DNA from: a bacterium
Lineage (GTDB): Bacteria > Electryoneota > JAOADG01
NCBI GenBank assembly: GCA_030247525.1
Contig: JAOTSC010000003.1
Span: forward strand, 1-58,811
DNA: 58,811 bases
Direction of reading: 5' to 3'
In this document: piece after piece, positions 56,420 to 58,811 of the stretch
How the letters are laid out: each line of letters opens with the position of its first letter
How positions within the stretch are numbered: the first letter of the stretch is position 1
The notes under the pieces: model-generated
Databases searched by the model: none
What the model was told of the DNA's origin: nothing
Seen by the model: only the letters and a program-made list of their open reading frames with translations
Translations under genes and position numbers: made by a program

Positions 56420-58588
56420 ATGATTTTAGCGGCAAAGCGCTTAGCGCCTCGACTCATCGCAATGGCTGCGATTGTGGTTGTGATGGCGCAAGCGGGCGCA
56501 GCAAGCGGATTGCGGGCGACGTGGATCGACCGGACATTCGCGCAGGCAAAATCGATCCACGTCCAAAAAGAGATGGTTCGGCTTACCGCCGAACTGCAAT
56601 TGCGCGAAGCGTTTCTCCAAACGATGATCGACGGCAGCCGATCAGAAATCCAAGCGCGAAAACGCAGTGGGGGGGATGTTCCCAACTTCACCTGGCCTAC
56701 CAGCGAAGTCGCCGACTTCTGGGTATTTCGCGATACCCTAAATTTGCTCAAAAGCTTTGAAGATTATAAAGCGACTCGTGTTTCCGATTATGACTCCCGC
56801 CTTGAAGCTGTTCGCAAACTGAAGCGCGACTTGATCGCAACAGCGAGTCCGCTCGACATCGTCCGGATGCGGATGAGGGACTGGCAGTCGTTTGAGCGTT
56901 CTTATGGAGCTGACGTCGATAAAGCGAGCGATCCCGAATTGGCGCTAATGCTTTCCGATGAGTACGGCAGAAATTATCCGACAGCCCTTGCCGATAGCTT
57001 CTGGTTCTACCGTGCCGAGATCGCCCTCGCTGGCGGTTATTACGACGAAGCGATTCTCGCCTACAATCGGGTTGTGATACAGGAAGCTTCGCGTTATCGG
57101 CCGGAAGTGTTTAACCGGTTAGCTTTTATTTATGCAGAGTTAGGCGATTTGGCTGGATTGGAAAGCAATTGGCTGCAATGGATTAATGCCGGTCGTCCGT
57201 TTGCCAAAGAGGGTCGGGTTCAGTTCCATACCGGACGTGCCCGTTACATTGCCGGTGGTTACTCGACTGCTATCAGCGCATTAAATGAAGTACCCTCCTC
57301 CAGTGATTATTATGAACGTGCGCGTTTACTGCTGGGTTCCTCCTACGGTTTGAACCAACAATTCGACAGTGCAATGACCGCCCTCTCCCCCATACTCAGC
57401 AAGAAACTGGATAAGCGGTTACAAATCAATGCCGATTTGAAAAGATACGCCACTTTGAAATATGCCCAACTGCAGAATTTCAGCGGTCGCAGTCGCGAGG
57501 CGTTGCAAACGATTGAAGGTTTGGACACTCGTTCTGAATATGGCGATCAAGTGTTGTTTACTCGGGCTTGGATTTACCGGTCGATGTCGAAGTACAGCGA
57601 TATGTCAATGGAACTCGACACGTTAGTTCGGCGTGCGGCTTGGAGCCCGTTTGTCCCGTTAGCGAATGCCTGGCTTGCCGAAGTAACGGAAATTCGTAGT
57701 GGTCAAGTGGAAGCGGTACCGATGTTCGAGCATATTCTTGGAATGCTGGAGCAACGGCAACAGATTTCCGACTACACCGAAGAACGATACCAGTTATACC
57801 ATCTATTGAACTCGTTGAATACGTTGGAAACAGAATTACTACTGGAAAACGACATCGGGGTGTTTGCGAAGTATATCGACCAACGTCGACGCTTGTTGCT
57901 CATGATCGAACAGAACAAAAACGGTGCGTCGTTGGCGGCGAATCCAGCGTTAAAGGAATTGTATCAGGAAGAAATTGCGACCTCACAACTGGCGCAAAAT
58001 CTTGTGAACATGTCGCGCTCAGTCGACCGTCAAAACAAACCTTCCCAGTTGAAAAAGTATTTTGAGTTAACCGAGAAGCAGGAAAAGCTATCCGCTCGGT
58101 TAGGCGACTTGATGATGGTTGCACAAGGGTTAACGCCTGCCATTCAACGGGAACAGGACGTTCTTGCCTTTAACCGCCGGTTGAAGGAGTTGGGAAAGTC
58201 GTCGCGTGATTTGCTTTCGCAATCCCGTCCCGATGCGCCGTTCCAAACCGTAGATCGGGCCGCTTTTACAACGATGAAACTCGATAAGCTTGGAACCAGG
58301 ATATTAACCGCCCAATTGGATAAAATATCCACCGACATCGACCGCTACGCCAACTTTGCGATGACCCGCTATGCGTTAGGCGGTTTCGATTTCGATTTAC
58401 TCGACCGGAAACGTGACCGCAGCGATGAGCTGACATTCTACATCAAACGTCTCGAAACGCTGATGGAAGAAAAAGCCGAGCAAGCCGAAGAGGCTGCTGC
58501 CAGTGCGGCATTGTTAGAAATGATGAAGACGGCGACGCCCGATAGTTCGAGTGCTCAGCCGGCAGTAGTACCACCGGAACAGAAGTAA
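56420..58588 (+). CDS. Large secreted TPR/coiled-coil protein, unknown function
   Basis: The internal ATG 56420 gives a signal peptide (MILAAKRLAPRLIAMAAIVVVMAQAGAASG). TPR-like A/Y-rich helical repeats in the middle and coiled-coil-like segments elsewhere. Confidence 0.6.
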   Translation: MILAAKRLAPRLIAMAAIVVVMAQAGAASGLRATWIDRTFAQAKSIHVQKEMVRLTAELQLREAFLQTMIDGSRSEIQARKRSGGDVPNFTWPTSEVADFWVFRDTLNLLKSFEDYKATRVSDYDSRLEAVRKLKRDLIATASPLDIVRMRMRDWQSFERSYGADVDKASDPELALMLSDEYGRNYPTALADSFWFYRAEIALAGGYYDEAILAYNRVVIQEASRYRPEVFNRLAFIYAELGDLAGLESNWLQWINAGRPFAKEGRVQFHTGRARYIAGGYSTAISALNEVPSSSDYYERARLLLGSSYGLNQQFDSAMTALSPILSKKLDKRLQINADLKRYATLKYAQLQNFSGRSREALQTIEGLDTRSEYGDQVLFTRAWIYRSMSKYSDMSMELDTLVRRAAWSPFVPLANAWLAEVTEIRSGQVEAVPMFEHILGMLEQRQQISDYTEERYQLYHLLNSLNTLETELLLENDIGVFAKYIDQRRRLLLMIEQNKNGASLAANPALKELYQEEIATSQLAQNLVNMSRSVDRQNKPSQLKKYFELTEKQEKLSARLGDLMMVAQGLTPAIQREQDVLAFNRRLKELGKSSRDLLSQSRPDAPFQTVDRAAFTTMKLDKLGTRILTAQLDKISTDIDRYANFAMTRYALGGFDFDLLDRKRDRSDELTFYIKRLETLMEEKAEQAEEAAASAALLEMMKTATPDSSSAQPAVVPPEQK

Positions 58589-58624
58589 GTGATTCCGCTT
58601 AGCCAGAAGAAGGAGCCGATTCTT

Positions 58625-58811
58625 ATGCTTCGATTGCGAAGAACGCGAATCGCGATAACCATTGCGATAGCGGCCTTGCTCGCCAACTTCGCGGCACTGG
58701 CGCAACCAGCGTGGCAGAAACAGTTGTCGGAAGGCGATTCCAGCATCATTAAAAACTGGGAATCCGACCGCGCTGCGCTTGACGTTCAGGTGGCGGAATT
58801 AATGCGAATAG
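58625..58811 (+). CDS. 5' fragment of a secreted protein (runs off the window)
   Basis: ATG 58625 gives MLRLRRTRIAITIAIAALLANFAALAQP, a signal peptide. The frame is open to the window end. Confidence 0.4.
   Translation, partial: MLRLRRTRIAITIAIAALLANFAALAQPAWQKQLSEGDSSIIKNWESDRAALDVQVAELMRI

Overview
58.8-kb chromosomal segment that looks like an uncultivated FCB-superphylum-type bacterium. The taxonomic call is an inference from T9SS-type C-terminal sorting domains and a fused CcoN-CcoO cbb3 oxidase; GC is roughly 50% by eye. Housekeeping content: an Opp/Yej-type peptide ABC importer, a cbb3 oxidase cluster (ccoNO-Q-P-G-fixH), a PAS-adenylate cyclase, an M28 peptidase and a giant S8 protease. 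It also holds a decaprenyl-phospho-arabinose-type trio (UbiA PRTase, DprE1-like, DprE2-like), a multi-PAS hybrid histidine kinase, a metal ABC importer, an M23 peptidase plus bactofilin, and a complete F1Fo ATP synthase gene set (atpZ-I-B-E-F-H ... A-G ... D-C). Three things are unusual. (1) Almost every intergenic spacer is packed with short GTAG/CTAC-headed hairpin repeats (REP-like, at least 10 families, about 60 copies by eye) and with 7-nt-period G-tract arrays. A RAYT-type Y1 transposase gene carrying one in-frame TAA sits between inverted REPs inside the metal-transporter operon. (2) The same repeat families lie in frame (about 1.1 kb in total) inside a T9SS beta-propeller protein gene, which also has a frameshift in its sorting domain. 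(3) The ATP synthase operon is interrupted at two junctions by low-GC accessory modules: MNT-HEPN, a small TM protein plus a HEPN-like protein, HicA/HicB-DinB, and a split PD-(D/E)xK-like gene plus HicAB. The MNT-HEPN, TM-protein, HicAB-DinB and nuclease-HicAB modules are each bracketed by same-orientation copies of a repeat; the HEPN-like gene lies just outside the TM-gene bracket. This is a cassette-like organisation with no integrase in view, and it is my best candidate for an undescribed system. I found no rRNA, tRNA or CRISPR array.
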